From assembly GCA_905178155.1 (NCBI GenBank), contig CAJINV010000003.1:4277253-4341252 (forward strand): a stretch of DNA of 64,000 nt, in the 5' to 3' direction. The notes under the pieces were generated by a model. The model was not told where the DNA came from and searched no databases. It was given only the letters and a program-made list of their open reading frames with translations. Below are positions 12,701 through 24,288 of this stretch, piece after piece. Origin of the DNA: Amoebophrya sp. A120 (taxonomy: Eukaryota; Protista; Dinoflagellata). Each line of letters begins with the position of its first letter. Position 1 is the first letter of the stretch. A program made the translations under genes and the position numbers.

Positions 12701-13437
12701 ACGACCCCGAGACTCCAAATGTCGGTTTTCCTGGTGTACCCGCTCCCCGAGATGATCTCCGGGGAGAGGTAGAGCGGCGTGCCGTAGAAGGAAGACAGTA
12801 GGTCGCACTCCGGCTCCATCCGGCGTGACACCCCGAAGTCTCCGAGCTTGCAATAGCCGTCTTTGGTCAAAAACACGTTCAGCGTTTTCACGTCCCGGTG
12901 CACGATGCCCTTCCCGTGCACGAATCGCAATCCGTGCAGAATCTGCAGAAACAGGTCCCAAACTTCGGACTCGCGGAACGATTTCGCGGTCTTTTGCCGA
13001 ATCCGCAACTCCTTGTTCAGGTCTCCCTTCGCCGCGTATTCAATCACGAGAACCAGGTGCCGGTCCTCGAGGAAGTACCCGTAGCAGTCAATCACGTTCT
13101 TGTGCCCGCGGCACTCCATAAGCAGGCCGTACTCGTGCAGCAAACTGAAATTGTCGAGAATATTCTTCCGCCCGGCCTTGTTCATCCGCTTCGGCGCACT
13201 GCCGGGCTGCTGCTCGTTTTGCAGGTCCGCTGCGGTGTACGGTCGTTTTTTGAGTACCACCTGCGTGCCCTTCGGCACGACGTCGTTACCAGTTTTCACC
13301 CTTGCCAAAAACACGACGGAACAGGCGGAACGGTACAGCTCGCGGTGGACGTCAAACTCCAACATCGAGGAAAACGGCCCGGCGGAGGTGGCTATCGCGG
13401 TCCCCGTGGTGGGAGTAGGGCTAGGGAGCACCGTCAT
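9763..13437 (-). CDS. NIMA-related (NEK family) Ser/Thr kinase with a long low-complexity C-terminus
   Basis: IEYAAKGDL, HRDVKTLNVFL, KLGDFGVSR, GTPLYLSPE, KTDIWSLGVVLYE. Confidence 0.92.
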   Translation of the reverse strand: MTVLPSPTPTTGTAIATSAGPFSSMLEFDVHRELYRSACSVVFLARVKTGNDVVPKGTQVVLKKRPYTAADLQNEQQPGSAPKRMNKAGRKNILDNFSLLHEYGLLMECRGHKNVIDCYGYFLEDRHLVLVIEYAAKGDLNKELRIRQKTAKSFRESEVWDLFLQILHGLRFVHGKGIVHRDVKTLNVFLTKDGYCKLGDFGVSRRMEPECDLLSSFYGTPLYLSPEIISGSGYTRKTDIWSLGVVLYEVATNGRMPFSGNSLRDVTNAVLAGRYKALLNKNFGKIVHLCLQKDPNRRPNADELYALVKEMITASRKQERGMLNSPEDGDIFTGSAASSSSSRRVVQSASSAAPSSSSSSTGVARNRSNDRRSGPASSAVSSNSSAVVSSSSSHAHWNNIRPAEERRLRAASMQRPPYFPSHEAQERAAAEGSGSRGRRRRGDDKNKSARQRAASWVPTAVVENEQRASSSDSERRFPPGVMTRPLRSGGKVVGRTDFHDPKKEHYAAALQNSQRRAETEGASDEARVEDHDKDPASKRRSVTPKIGALNSPNMEATKPSAFGTSRREASQQEKNANLLLADDDDDSDTCLLRDRLYEQVLARHHSRSRRNDQGPAPDESVSAFRGAHGQARLDNQNKDHDRLHSGEPRPTRSHSRGRERSRSSKNRASPPRGTSQSSPSSPRTQRERSRSRSADKGGDRQHAIERRSRSRCASGERPKQVAAYYQDAHTTPPEQRQSLLRDAPLTKDRRMLAEGTEDDFAFSTSLYGSAACYPRRPRPAGKPSDFGRETGDGSIAVVRVGKRKKQAAPAAPLDDTDTESSLTPRFSPPGRRSSHSRSSRPGQEVFHRPRDRDHEKERLRNSAPPGRANKNRGNNNDEREPETRTRHSGERTTKNLPFVGELRLPQPKQVEGSPLASARTNLVGSPEYFAKQGPVLRLHDEPTAARVLSGQQDMVGDPDNACLSPKLSPSRAEPVSPSVLFDHEAAHHRLWKADDHMSPKDPRYPLAEVPWSRSRPAASSRAGHRGSKHRDFQQHSVINYLRHKSPSSLSTRASTGMKTSKPTTLSRPQSARTQRWQGRREDQLSASWRATGVVAPPRGDENWAPQERGLHNYATAPTQPPARIITVKKQPPIVPCSSTTEEVEPAAPLTAEEQRREHIFGPATTRRHWYIDKHQNPATKVETLVAPPAARSTAPAGGLQRLGTNAGPRTVKIRRFDVINQIWV

Positions 13438-14279
13438 TTTTTCTTCTTGCGAAGAAGTAGATGTAGAAGAGAACCGTCGGCAATAAATTGTGAGCGGGGC
13501 GTTGCACTTCTCACCGAAGATTGTGTCGGTCGGAAGAACGAGGCGTCAGCGCAGGAAAGCGAGCACAGTGTATTTAAAGAACAAAAAAACGAAAAAATTA
13601 CCACCACCCTAAACTTAAACTTTAACTTTAGATCAACACTAGAACAATCACCAGACCGCAGAAGCAAGAATCAACGAATGGTCTCATAAATTGCGTTTCG
13701 CTGACAATGTAGTACCTCGCCATGGCCATTTGACTCTCCTCTCGTAAGTTTCGCCCTCTCTGCCGCGCTCACAAAAAACATCATCGAGTAGGTACATCGA
13801 CGAACAAAATAAAAGCCAAAGCCACACGCAAGGTGAAACATCAAGGCGAACACAATGGGCTGTCGTGAGAGAAGTGCCTGCCAATTTAGATTTACGCTGA
13901 CAAATTAATCGTGCTGTCAGATACCGCAAGACGATTTTTATCGTCCGTTGAAGAAATGTAACGTTTACATTTAGATCTATTGGTTCTGTAACCACAGTAA
14001 CCTTTGCGACATACAACATGAAGAGCATTGGTCCATTGACCCTGATGAGGCACCGTACCCAGGACGGTTCAATTCGTCTTCTCGTTCTCTTTCGGGTTGG
14101 TTCTGCTTTGTTCTCATGGCGGGGCCATCCCGAGCAACTAGCACTACGATCTTCCTGCAGAAATAAATACCGTACCAGGCAGCACTCGTGCGTTCGCTTC
14201 GAACCACTCTTTCGCGTGTCTGCCAGTTGGTTCTGCCCGGCCGCCTTCGTCACTGGTCGCATTTCTCGTTGGCAAAAGT

Positions 14280-15950
14280 TCGCCGGGTGCAATAAACATT
14301 TTGTATGCGCCTGAGGGTTTTGCGTACGCTGGACCTCCTTCATCAGCGAATTGGTTTGCGTCCTCTGCAGCCCATCAATCTTGTCGCTTGATTTTTCCAC
14401 TGAGCCCGTATCGTGGTCGCCGACGTCGCTCGCGTACTCCGATACAGCGCGCAAGTAGATGCACCAAAGCATCGTTTGCGCAGGCTAACCCTGATGGTGC
14501 ACAGGAGCACCCATGCAGCTCGCGGCGCAGATCATGCAGCTGGGGGCTAGACGAATTTCTCTGGCATATTACTCTTCTCTCGGATCGGAACTGAACCGCG
14601 TGAGATCGCGATGGTGCTTGTGAAGCAACGCCGCCTTTTGTTCCGCTGTCAGCAACGCCAACTCGATACCCTGTTTCTTGATCTCCGCCGCGACCTCGGC
14701 TTCATCCTTTTCGAGAATTTTCCGGTATATTGTCGTGGCGAACTCGCTAAAGTTGAACAACGAACCTGTGAATTTCGATAAAAAGCTTCGTGAAATATTT
14801 CTTCCGAGACCATATCACACAGAGTATCGAAAGAGCACCTGCGATAAGCTGCAGCAATGAAGAATTGAAATTTTTTCCGGTACTAGAAGAAATAAATTCT
14901 ACCTCGCTCATAACACCGCTCCCTCTGGTCGTTTAGCAACTTCCTGACAAAGTGAATCGGGACCGGCTTTCGCCACGTCTCCGAGGTGGTCAGCTTCTGC
15001 AAGCCGGCGATGCGCTTCGAGTCCGTTGGTAGCCGGTGCGACCACCAGAAACCGGCGCTGGTGAGCTCCAGCATGAGCCACTCGCTATGACAGTGCACAA
15101 CTCCCCCGCCCCTCATTTGTGTTGCATGAACAGCAACACAAGCAACAGCAGAAAAGGGGCTTTCGCATGACAAATCTGCATGCGGATTGTAGTACTATTT
15201 GAGGTTCCAAAATTTGTCATGCTAGCAGTGCTTACGAGCAAGGTGTGAGTTTGGTATTTTGCATGACAAATGAGGGGGAGGGGGAGTTGTGCACTGTCAT
15301 ACTCGCCGCAGTTCATCTTGAAGATGAGCCCGGCCGAAGTCTCGTCCTGCTTCTCAAAGTACTTTATCTGCTTCCACGAATCTTCGTCGGCGGAGTATTC
15401 TTGCCGCTGCCGCTCTCCGCGGGTGTAGAGGGCGGTGCTGTCGAAGGTCTTGTACTTCAACTATCCTGAGTAAAAACGTACCCACGCCAGAGCTGTAATG
15501 CAGATTTGCAAAGACAGGAAGACTTGTACATGCGCATCCCCATGAGAGCCATTTCCAATTGTGTTTTGGAATTTGTGTTGCTGTGAACAGGATGAGCAGA
15601 TGAATCTGCGATGCGGCTGCACGTGCTAACCTGCACTACACTGCATAGCGCAACTTGTCATGCGTGACTCACAAAACTCCTAGGTTTGTGTTGCAAAATC
15701 CCCATCCTGACTCTGGTGTGGGTACGTTTTTACTCAGGATATCAACTCCAACGTCATCAAGGTCTCCATAAACTCATCGTCATCCAAGATCTCGGCTCCG
15801 GGGACCCCCGGCATCACAAACCCGGGGGATGAGCTGCAACAGCCCATTTGTTTCCCTCGTCGCTTGCGTCCACAAGCAGCAGAAAGTCTCGAGGCGTTGG
15901 GCGTGGGTGCCTATTAACGAAGCGGATGAAAACGGCACGACTCGCAATGG
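14280..15950 (-). CDS. Hypothetical multi-exon protein interrupted by two TIR insertions; ends approximate
   Basis: Frames join across 15462-15741 (MTLEL|KYKTF) and 15086-15301 (NCGE|WLMLEL); further GT-AG intron ~14765-14901; exon joins near 14480-14570 not resolved. Confidence 0.5.
15086..15301. mobile_element. TIR insertion / non-canonical intron, family B (216 bp)
   Basis: TATGACAGTGCACAACTCCCCC...GGGGGAGTTGTGCACTGTCATA (22 bp perfect, ~35 bp imperfect); direct repeat CTCGC. Confidence 0.9.
15462..15741. mobile_element. TIR insertion / non-canonical intron, family C (280 bp)
   Basis: TATCCTGAGTAAAAACGTACCCAC.CCAGAG 31-bp TIR with one mismatch; direct repeat TCAAC. Confidence 0.9.
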
Positions 15951-16440
15951 AACTATATAGAGCAACAATCCGACAAATCATTCCCTTTCCCTTACTCTTA
16001 GCATAGATACTGCAGCAATATTTCTTTTTTAGAAAGATGATTCAAAAATGCAATCAGAAACTGATACGAAGGCGCCGAAACACTAACACGACAGGATAGC
16101 AGACGTACAATGATATTGAACTCGATGAGGTCCTGTTTTGAGATGAATGTGGATAACTTGTTGTGAGGGCTTGTGCGTCAAAATAAAAACAAGCAAGACA
16201 CACTCCATCTCGCACGACCACTTTGCGCTCCATTGTCAGCACACGTCAAACTCTCCGTATTTTTGGTATTTCAATTTCTCCCTTGTGATTCTGACTCGTA
16301 ACGACGTACCACAGCTATTCGTGTCCATGCCGCCCGCTCCTTGCCAGACGAACACATGAATGGAGTCCAGAAAATCGTAAAATGATTCATACCGTATCGA
16401 GAGCTACAAAATCTGTCGTAGCAGCAGAGTTCGTCCTGCG

Positions 16441-18357
16441 TTAGAACGCTTCCTCTGTGTCCTGGTGCGTATCAAGTGTTTGCATGTTTCCTTTTCCTGT
16501 CCTGCCGTCATTTTTTAGGCGAGGACTACTTGAAGACTTCGCAGCTGTTTTCTTGGAAAGAATAGACACTTCTGTCAAGCCATTCTTCCGCTGCATCTTG
16601 GTTGCTTGAAGAATGGTGTCGTAGCTCAAGCTGCCTTCATTTCCGGTGCTGTCGGTGTTGGTCGTTTTTCTTTTTATAGAACCGAAGCCTTTCGCCTTGC
16701 TTGTCGACGTAACCACTGGAGAGACGACCGGAGACTTCCAGTCTGGTTTTTCTTTCTCCCCCCTGGAGTCGACTCCTTTTCCATTTCCATTTGCGGGGGC
16801 GGAGATCACATCTGCACTTCCAGTCTTACTTTGCGGTCGCAAACGGGAACCACCCGGTCGTGTACTGGGTACCTCAAAATCCGGCTGAACATCCTGAGCT
16901 GCCTCAGCTTCGTCGGTGGATGATTTCGATCTGGCCTTTACCGCAACTCCGTCTCCCATCGCGGAAAGAAGAGGCTGCATCTGCATGCTCGTGCTCTCCA
17001 CTTTATTTGTCTGCTCGGCGGTGGACGGACGCGGTTCGCCGGAGCTGGACGCCATCTGCTTCTGCAGCTCTCGAGGCAATACAAACCCCGCCGAAGTGGG
17101 TTTGCCCTTGTTTGGGGGAGCTGGCTGCTGAAGATTCTGCGTTCGCACAACCCCATTTTCCCGCGGTGCGTCTTTGCTTAGCGCTGGTGTAGTCGTACCC
17201 TTCGTCTGCCCTGCGCTTGACGCGAGGGACCATCTCTGAGTGGCGGGATTGGCAACCGTCCGAGACAATGACGAAGACGAGGATTCAGTCGTTCCGAGGA
17301 CAGCGCCGATTTTGTTCCTTGCATGGCTCCTTGGTGGATCAGTTCCCCTTCCAGAGGAACTGGTCGGCGCTTGCTTCGATGCTTTGTTCTTATCCCTGCT
17401 GCTGGCCCTACTAAAGAATTGTCGCGGCGAAGTGGAGGCTGAATCTTCGCCACGACTTGGACTCACTCCCCGCGCCGGATGCCGCATTTCCATGTAGTGC
17501 TGTCCTTCGCGCGAGAGCAGCCCGAGTCTACGCTGGTCGGACACTTCTTCCCCGACATGCTGATCCCGTCCTGTTGTCGCAGCAGTGTCAAAGCTGCCCA
17601 GCAGCCCACGGATCGCGCTCGTGCCACCGGTGCCGCGTCCCCCCGGCGGTGGTCGATACCGCAAGCTGTCGTCGGTACTCGTGCCCCAGGCGGTGAAAAC
17701 TTCACTCCGCTGGAAGGGCTTGATTTGAAAGTGGCGGTGCATCACTTTGGCGTATTTCTGTAGCACCGAAAGCAGGGCCTCGTCCGAGTTTTCCCGGACC
17801 GTGGCTTCGGTCTCGAGCTGCGCGTGCATCTTCGCCAGCTCGGGCGTGATCACGTCCTTGAACCAACCGTGGAAGGACCGGAATCGCATGTCCAGCTCCG
17901 CCGTGTCCGTTTTCGTGCCGCGCAACCCTTGGTCGAGGTACTCGGTAAGCTCGTCGCGCAACTCGTGCGCCTTGCCGCGCCACGCGTCGTCGATCTGTAC
18001 CCGAATGGGCACGCCGACCTCGCCGACGAATTTGTCCTCCAACGCGTCCATTTTCTTGTCCAGAACGCCGAGCGCGTCAAGAATCGATTTCTCTTTGGAC
18101 ATGCGCACGATGTGTTCCACCGACTGCAGCCGCGATTGGCACTTGTTGTAGTCCCGCTGCAGTAGCGCCACTTTGGCGTGAAGCTCGTGGTCCATTTTCT
18201 CCTCCAGCTTTTTTAGTTCCTGCTCAAACGCAGTGGCGATGCGCCCGATTGCGACCTTCAGCTGCGCCTCCACCACCTCATTTACAGCACTCCATGAGAG
18301 CATCGACGGAGGTGGAGCGCTGCTAGTAGTACCCAGCGGCGGACTCGAGTTTATCAT
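16441..18357 (-). CDS. Coiled-coil protein, N-terminal part SF-assemblin/beta-giardin-like, with disordered tail
   Basis: 638-aa ORF with heptad-rich N-terminus; LETEATVRENSDEALLSVLQKYAKVMHRHF resembles the SF-assemblin C-terminal signature (family call tentative). Confidence 0.6.
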   Translation of the reverse strand: MINSSPPLGTTSSAPPPSMLSWSAVNEVVEAQLKVAIGRIATAFEQELKKLEEKMDHELHAKVALLQRDYNKCQSRLQSVEHIVRMSKEKSILDALGVLDKKMDALEDKFVGEVGVPIRVQIDDAWRGKAHELRDELTEYLDQGLRGTKTDTAELDMRFRSFHGWFKDVITPELAKMHAQLETEATVRENSDEALLSVLQKYAKVMHRHFQIKPFQRSEVFTAWGTSTDDSLRYRPPPGGRGTGGTSAIRGLLGSFDTAATTGRDQHVGEEVSDQRRLGLLSREGQHYMEMRHPARGVSPSRGEDSASTSPRQFFSRASSRDKNKASKQAPTSSSGRGTDPPRSHARNKIGAVLGTTESSSSSLSRTVANPATQRWSLASSAGQTKGTTTPALSKDAPRENGVVRTQNLQQPAPPNKGKPTSAGFVLPRELQKQMASSSGEPRPSTAEQTNKVESTSMQMQPLLSAMGDGVAVKARSKSSTDEAEAAQDVQPDFEVPSTRPGGSRLRPQSKTGSADVISAPANGNGKGVDSRGEKEKPDWKSPVVSPVVTSTSKAKGFGSIKRKTTNTDSTGNEGSLSYDTILQATKMQRKNGLTEVSILSKKTAAKSSSSPRLKNDGRTGKGNMQTLDTHQDTEEAF

Positions 18358-19203
18358 TCTGTTTTCGTGATGAAAAGCTAGATTTCAGCAGCTATCTTAC
18401 ATGATCAAGCGTAAAATCAACATACTTCCGCTAGTCAGAAGCCCTGCGGCTGGGAAACAGACACGAGTGTGTATTTGGGTACCTCGTGACAACAACGAAA
18501 CTCTTTTTTTCGACAGTTTTCAGTTCTTACTTTCGTCGGAGCTTGCAAAGTTTGCGGCTTTGATTGTGACGATGTATGAGAGATACTCATTCGCTCCTAG
18601 AAACAACGCTCCGAAAGAACATCCAATCAAGCAAAATTACACTCGAAAAGACTTCTCTGCAGATCGAAAACATGCCGAGAATCAGGAACACCGAACAGAA
18701 ACAAAAATACTTACAGCACATGCACGACAGGCTCTCTGATTGACAAAACAGCTTCACAACTGTCTTTAATCCTCTTCCACTTGCGGCGTGTGCAGCAGCA
18801 GTGGGGGTACGCAAAACAATTCAAATTCTCCTCCCCGGGCACCTGCTTGTTTTCCCAGCACTGTAAAACTGAAAATAGTTCCCGCGAAGCAAGGGTCCTC
18901 TCGCGGTCGTTTGCAATTATTGCGACGAAGCGCTGCTCCGCGAGCTTTTTTGTCAGTCAGCAGCTACGTCCATGTTGTCCTGCTTCTCATGCACGGGCGT
19001 ATGAAAGTCGGCTGCTACGTCGTCTACTTCGTTGGGGGACACAAGCTGTTTTATTTTATTACGATAGTTAGGTCTGATCATCTCATTCTCACGTGTTTAT
19101 TATTCCGATAGTATGAAGATGGCTATAGCAAGATGATCTGACTTTCTTCATCTCGCGCAACACTCACTGGATCCAAAAAAAGAGAAAAAATGCCGGTCTA
19201 TTT

Positions 19204-21213
19204 TCAACATACCACGACGTTCTTGAGGGCATTCGTTGCTGATTCAATCAGGCCCTCCTCGTCCTCGTCCTCTTGAGGAAGTTCCTGAGGAAGCTGCAAA
19301 GCGGCCACTTGCTGCTCTGCTTGGACCTGCGCTTGAACCTATGTTGAGAATGAATCTTTATTTATGTAAAAAAGTAAGTAAACAGACCACAACGTGAGAG
19401 CTTCCCGCAAGCCTTTTCTCAACACATGAACGAACACCAAGCAACGAGTGTTTGCTTTTGCTGCACCGGAAAAAATCGGCATGAATATTAATCTCAACGT
19501 CTTCACATCCTTTCGAGGATATTCATACCTGTGTCAGAGCAAGTAGATACTGCTCGAGCTGAATCTCGTTCTGCTCGAGCATCTGTGCGGCAGCTGGGTC
19601 GTTAGGATTGGTCATGAAGTGCTGCTCCAAGGCTTGTCTCTGCCGTTGAAGTTCATGAATCGCGTGCTGCGTCCTGTTTCGTTTTGATTTTTGCTTCTCG
19701 GAGCATCGTAGTTTTAAGTACGTAAAAGGACAAGAAACAGAAAAACAAAGAAACGGCAAGAAAAACCAAAACGCAGGAAAAACAGGATCCTCGGGGATTT
19801 CAGTTTTCCTAAATACTGTAGAAGCTGATGCTGTGCTTGGGTAGTCGCAGCGGCAGCGTAGACGCCCTCCACAGCGGCCATCCCGGCGTCTCCTGCGCCG
19901 CCCATATGCCTATGCAGGAGCGCGGCCATCTCGGGTTTGTTCTGCGCGATGGCCTCCTCGAGCGGGGTGCGGCCCTCCTGCAGCGCCACCTCATTCGGAT
20001 TTGCACCGTACGCGAGCAGCACCTCTGCTGCGGCGACGTGGCCCTCGCTGGCGGCCAAGAAAAGCGGCGTCCAGCCCTTGTCGCCCCCGTCGTCAGGGTG
20101 CGCGTTGTGCTTTAAAAGCTCTGCCACTGATATTATGATAAATTGCGCAATCCGAGTTGCGGTACGCAATCCGAGTGTGCGGATGGTTTCGGTTTTGCAA
20201 AGAAAAACGGCACATAATTGTAATTCCAAGAACTACAGGAGACTCATAAACAAAAAGCATCAAGTCATCTTCTGTACCTATTTCTGTCTTTCCTTCTCTT
20301 GCGGCAACGAGCAGCGGTGTGCTGCCGTTTTTTGATATGGCGTCGCAATTAGCCTTGTACTCGCAGAGCAGCCGCGCCACTCTTGCCGTTGCTGTGTATG
20401 CGCACTCGTGCAAGGCGGTGTACCCGTAGGTTCCCTTTACATTTGGCGAGGCGTTTTTGGCCAGGAGCATGTGCACCAGGTTGGGATTCCCACTGTGTAC
20501 GGCCTTCTGCAGCAGCGTGGCTTGCGTATACGGACACTTCATTCGCACAGATACACCTGTTTGTTTCGTAGTTGCAGTCCCGGTCGTCCCCGATGTTGCC
20601 TCTTATTTCGGCATCACGCACAAAGGACAAGGAGACAAACTGAATCTGAGACATAATTCGGTGTACGCGCATGCTTGCTGTCATCGTGCAACAAAACTTT
20701 GAAGCTACCTTGCAACACCATGAGCCACAGCGAGTCCACGTCTCCCACTTCTGCCACCTCGTGTATATTTAGGTCCGGTCTGCCTATTCCCAGCTGGTCG
20801 TTCAGGTAGGGAAGCATGCTTGAAAACATATCGTCTGGGAGTCGCCACCCAAGTATTCTCGAGCACATTTTCAACTTTAGCCACATGAGCGGGTGGAACT
20901 TCGTTATGCATTGTACCTGATTGTTATTGTTTCAACAAGACTGCGAGAATCACAATGAAATATGAACTTCCAACGTCGAGTGAAAAAAAGTACTTTCTTA
21001 CATACGCATGCGCATGGATACATCAAATTTCCCTATGTGACTAGGGTAAGTGATATGAAAGAACCACCAACCAAACGTAATCAGTACTATTTTCTTGTCT
21101 TTGAAAAGCTCGGAAAATTTTATCCCGGCGCGCTTCGCCGCCTTCGCGGGGGCGTCGGCCGCCGGAGCGGTTGAGCTTGTTGCTGGTTCCGACATTGCGG
21201 GAGGTGTCACCAT
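19204..21213 (-). CDS. Ankyrin-repeat protein, multi-exon with GT-AG introns
   Basis: GYTALHECA, GSTPLLVAAREG, GWTPLFLAASEGH, GRTPLEEAI; first join KFD|VQCITK is in frame. Confidence 0.8.
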
Positions 21214-22619
21214 GGATTAAACGGAACACGGAGGCTACTGATTCCGGGCGAACGCGCTAGGGTTGTCGGCTTTCGAGGAACGCCAAGCGATTTAACGTGC
21301 AGAAGCTGTGTTGATGAATGCCGCAGCGGCCTGCGACCGTTGCAGGTCTTGTTCCCCGCTACTGCAATCCCTGTGCCCGTGCAGTTCTTCTTCTTTCACT
21401 TTTTCTCCTAGCTTCGACAAAATTCGCTTGTTGAGGCAGCAAGTTGTTTAGTGAGCCTGGATGTGGAGCTGCAGGTCGGCTACAGTTCTTTCACGTTGGT
21501 ATGTCGTTCCCTTTGCTTGTAGTTCATCTGCAAATCAAACAATGTCCATGTCTTGCTCGTCGATCCGTGACGCAAGGCTCCTCCCGGTTTTCCGTCAGCA
21601 CTTTGCGAACTTGCGCGTCGTCCCGAAGTCCCGATGCCGTAAACTTGGGCGTACCTTCTTCCAAACGGCTTCAGAAGTGCTTGGATTGCTGAATGCGCGC
21701 TTCCAGGACCAGGAGAAAGGTCACTATAAGACACGTTTGATCACGCTTGGCTTTCCCCGCGTGCCTCGCCGACGTCGGAATGCCAAGGAGCTCCTGCCAC
21801 GTTGCCTTTTTGCTTTTTATTTCTGCTCTGCCATCCAATGTCAGCTTTGTTTTCGTTTTCGCCACCTAGTGCAGCAAGTGGTAAATGATGGAGCAGATCC
21901 CGAGGCTATGTAACAGCCTCCGCACGCTCCTGCACGGTTGGGTGGTGCTCGCACTCACGCTCGACTAGACCTAGAGCTTGTTGCACACGCAAATCAGCTG
22001 CCTGAGCGTGGGCATTGAGGCCGCCTCATAACACTTCGACTTCCTTAAAAACAGTCACAGTTTCGTCCTGACGCTGACCTATAGTGCGGTATAACTGAAG
22101 CTGAGAAAGATCATCAAATAAAAATTTTGAATTTCCATGCATGCGGCGGAAGAAAACAACGGAAGACGAAGAACAACACAAAAACTACTTACTTGAGCAG
22201 CTGCGATGGAACAACAAAATGTATTTCCGCACGAAGCGCCTCTCTCGACCACGCATTGTTCACTTCCTTGACAACTTTCTGACTGGCAGGCGTTCCGGGG
22301 CATTTTCGAACAACATTTACCAAGTCCCTCTGCGCAGGCAAGTACGGCAACGTGATGCGCCTGTATGTTATCTGAGCTGCGTGTACGCTAGTAACAAAAC
22401 GCATGTCAAGGGTCGAATCCATGGTGCTGCTGCTGGTGAAAAACGGCGAGCATCGAATGGGCCGGTCGGAAGCGGTAAGAGCGACGAACTGTTCAGCTCT
22501 AGGCGTAGTCTTTTTTCGTTGCGACACAGACAAAATAAAGCGAAAGATCCCAAACGCGACGCAGAACACTTTCAGGCCTTCGAGGAGGCTGACAAGAACG
22601 ACTCCCGCAGATCTGACCT

Positions 22620-24288
22620 CATTCGCAAGGTATGCTCCTTGTGGCCTCACTCCGAAGGCACTACTTTTGGTCCCCTGCGCACGGGAGCTTTTTTGGCCCC
22701 CAGTTCTGACCGCATCCGCAAGGTATGCTCGTTGTGAGCGCAGCGCCCAAGCAGTGCATTTGCTCCCCCGCCCCTCGCGCACGCAAGGGGGCTTTTTTCG
22801 CCACCAGATCTGAACACATCCGCAAGGTATGCTCGCTGTGAGCGCACCTCCGAGGCCGTGCTTTTGCTCCCCTGCGTGCGGGGGCTTTTTTGGCCCCCCG
22901 TTCTGACCGCATCCGCAAGGTATGCTCGTTGGTAGCGCACTACCAGGGCACTGCTTTTGCTCCCCTGCGCACGGGAGCTTTTTCGGCCCCCCGTTCTGAC
23001 CGCATCCGCAAGGTATGCTCGTTGTGAGCGCACCTCCAGGGACGTGCTTTTGCTCCCCTGCGCGCGGGACCTTTTTTGGCCCCCCGTTCTGACCGCATCC
23101 GCAAGGTATGCTCGTTGGTAGCGCACCTCCAAGGAGGTGCGTTTGCTCCCCTGCGCACAGGAGCTTTTTTGGCCCCCCGTTCTGACCGCATGGGCACGGT
23201 ATGCTCGTTGGTAGCGCACTGCGAGGGTTCTACCTTTGCTCCCCTGCGCGCGGGAGCTTTTTTGGCCCCCCGTTCTGACCGCATCCGCAAGGTATGCTCG
23301 TTGTGAGCGCACCTCCAAGAACGTGCTTCTGCTCCCCTGCGCACGGGAGCTTTTTTGGCCCCCCGTTCTGACCGCATCCGCAAGGAGTGCTCGTTGTGAG
23401 CGCACCTCCAAGGACTTGCTTTTGTTCCCGTGCGCACGGGAGCTTTTTTGGTGCCCCGGTCTGACCGCATCCGCAAGGTATGCTCGTTGTGAGCGCACCT
23501 CCAAGGACGTGCTTTTGCTCCCCTGCGCACGGGAGCTTTTTTGGACCCCAAATCTGACCGCAGCCGCAAGGTATGCTCGTTGGTAGCGCACTACTAGGGC
23601 ACTACTTTTGCTCCCCTGCGCACGGGAGCTCTTTTGGCCCCCCGTTTTGAGCGCATCCGCAAGGTATGCTTGTTGGGAGCGCACCTCCAAGGACGCGCTT
23701 TTGCTCCCCTGCGCGCGGAAGCTTTTTTGGCCCCCAAATCTGACCGCATCCGCAAGCTATGCTCGTTGGTAGCGCACTACTAGGGCACTACTTTTGCTCC
23801 CCTGCGCACGGGAGCTTTTTTGGCCCCCCGTTTTGACCGCATCCGCAAGGTATGCTCGTTGGGAGCGCACCTCCAAGGACGCGCTTTTGCTCCCCTGCGC
23901 ACGGGAGCTTTTTTGGCCCCCAAATCTGACCGCATCCGCAGGGTATGCTCGTTGGTAGCGCACTACTAGGGCACTACTTTTGCTCCCCTGCGCACGGAAT
24001 CTTTTTTGGCCCCCCGTTTTGAACGCATCCGCAAGGTATGCTCGTTGTGAGCGCACCTCGAAGGACGTGCTTTTGCTCCCCTGCGCGCGGGAGCTTTTTT
24101 GGGCCCCCGTTCTGACCGCATCCGCAAGGTATGCTCGTTGTGAGCGCACCTCCAAGGACGTGCTTTTGCTCCCCTGCGCACGGGAGCTTTTTTGGCCCCC
24201 CGTTCCGACCGCATCCGCAAGGTGTGCTCGTTGTGAGCGCACCTCCAAGGACGCGCTTTTGCTCCCCTGCGCACGGGAGTTTTTTTGA
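22620..24288. repeat. Tandem array, 93-bp unit, about 18 copies
   Basis: ATCCGCAAGG recurs at 22911, 23004, 23097 and onward; unit CCGCATCCGCAAGGTATGCTCGTTGTGAGCGCACCTCCAAGGACGTGCTTTTGCTCCCCTGCGCACGGGAGCTTTTTTGGCCCCCCGTTCTGA. Confidence 0.95.

Noticed and set aside
21240-22600. Possible gene between the ankyrin gene and the tandem array
   Set aside because: I could not build a consistent spliced frame, and no motif was recognisable.
22620-24288. CRISPR-like array or 31-aa repeat protein
   Set aside because: No unique spacers and no cas genes; the variable parts are point variants of one sequence. The long ORFs arise because 93 is divisible by 3, and they are interrupted by stops.
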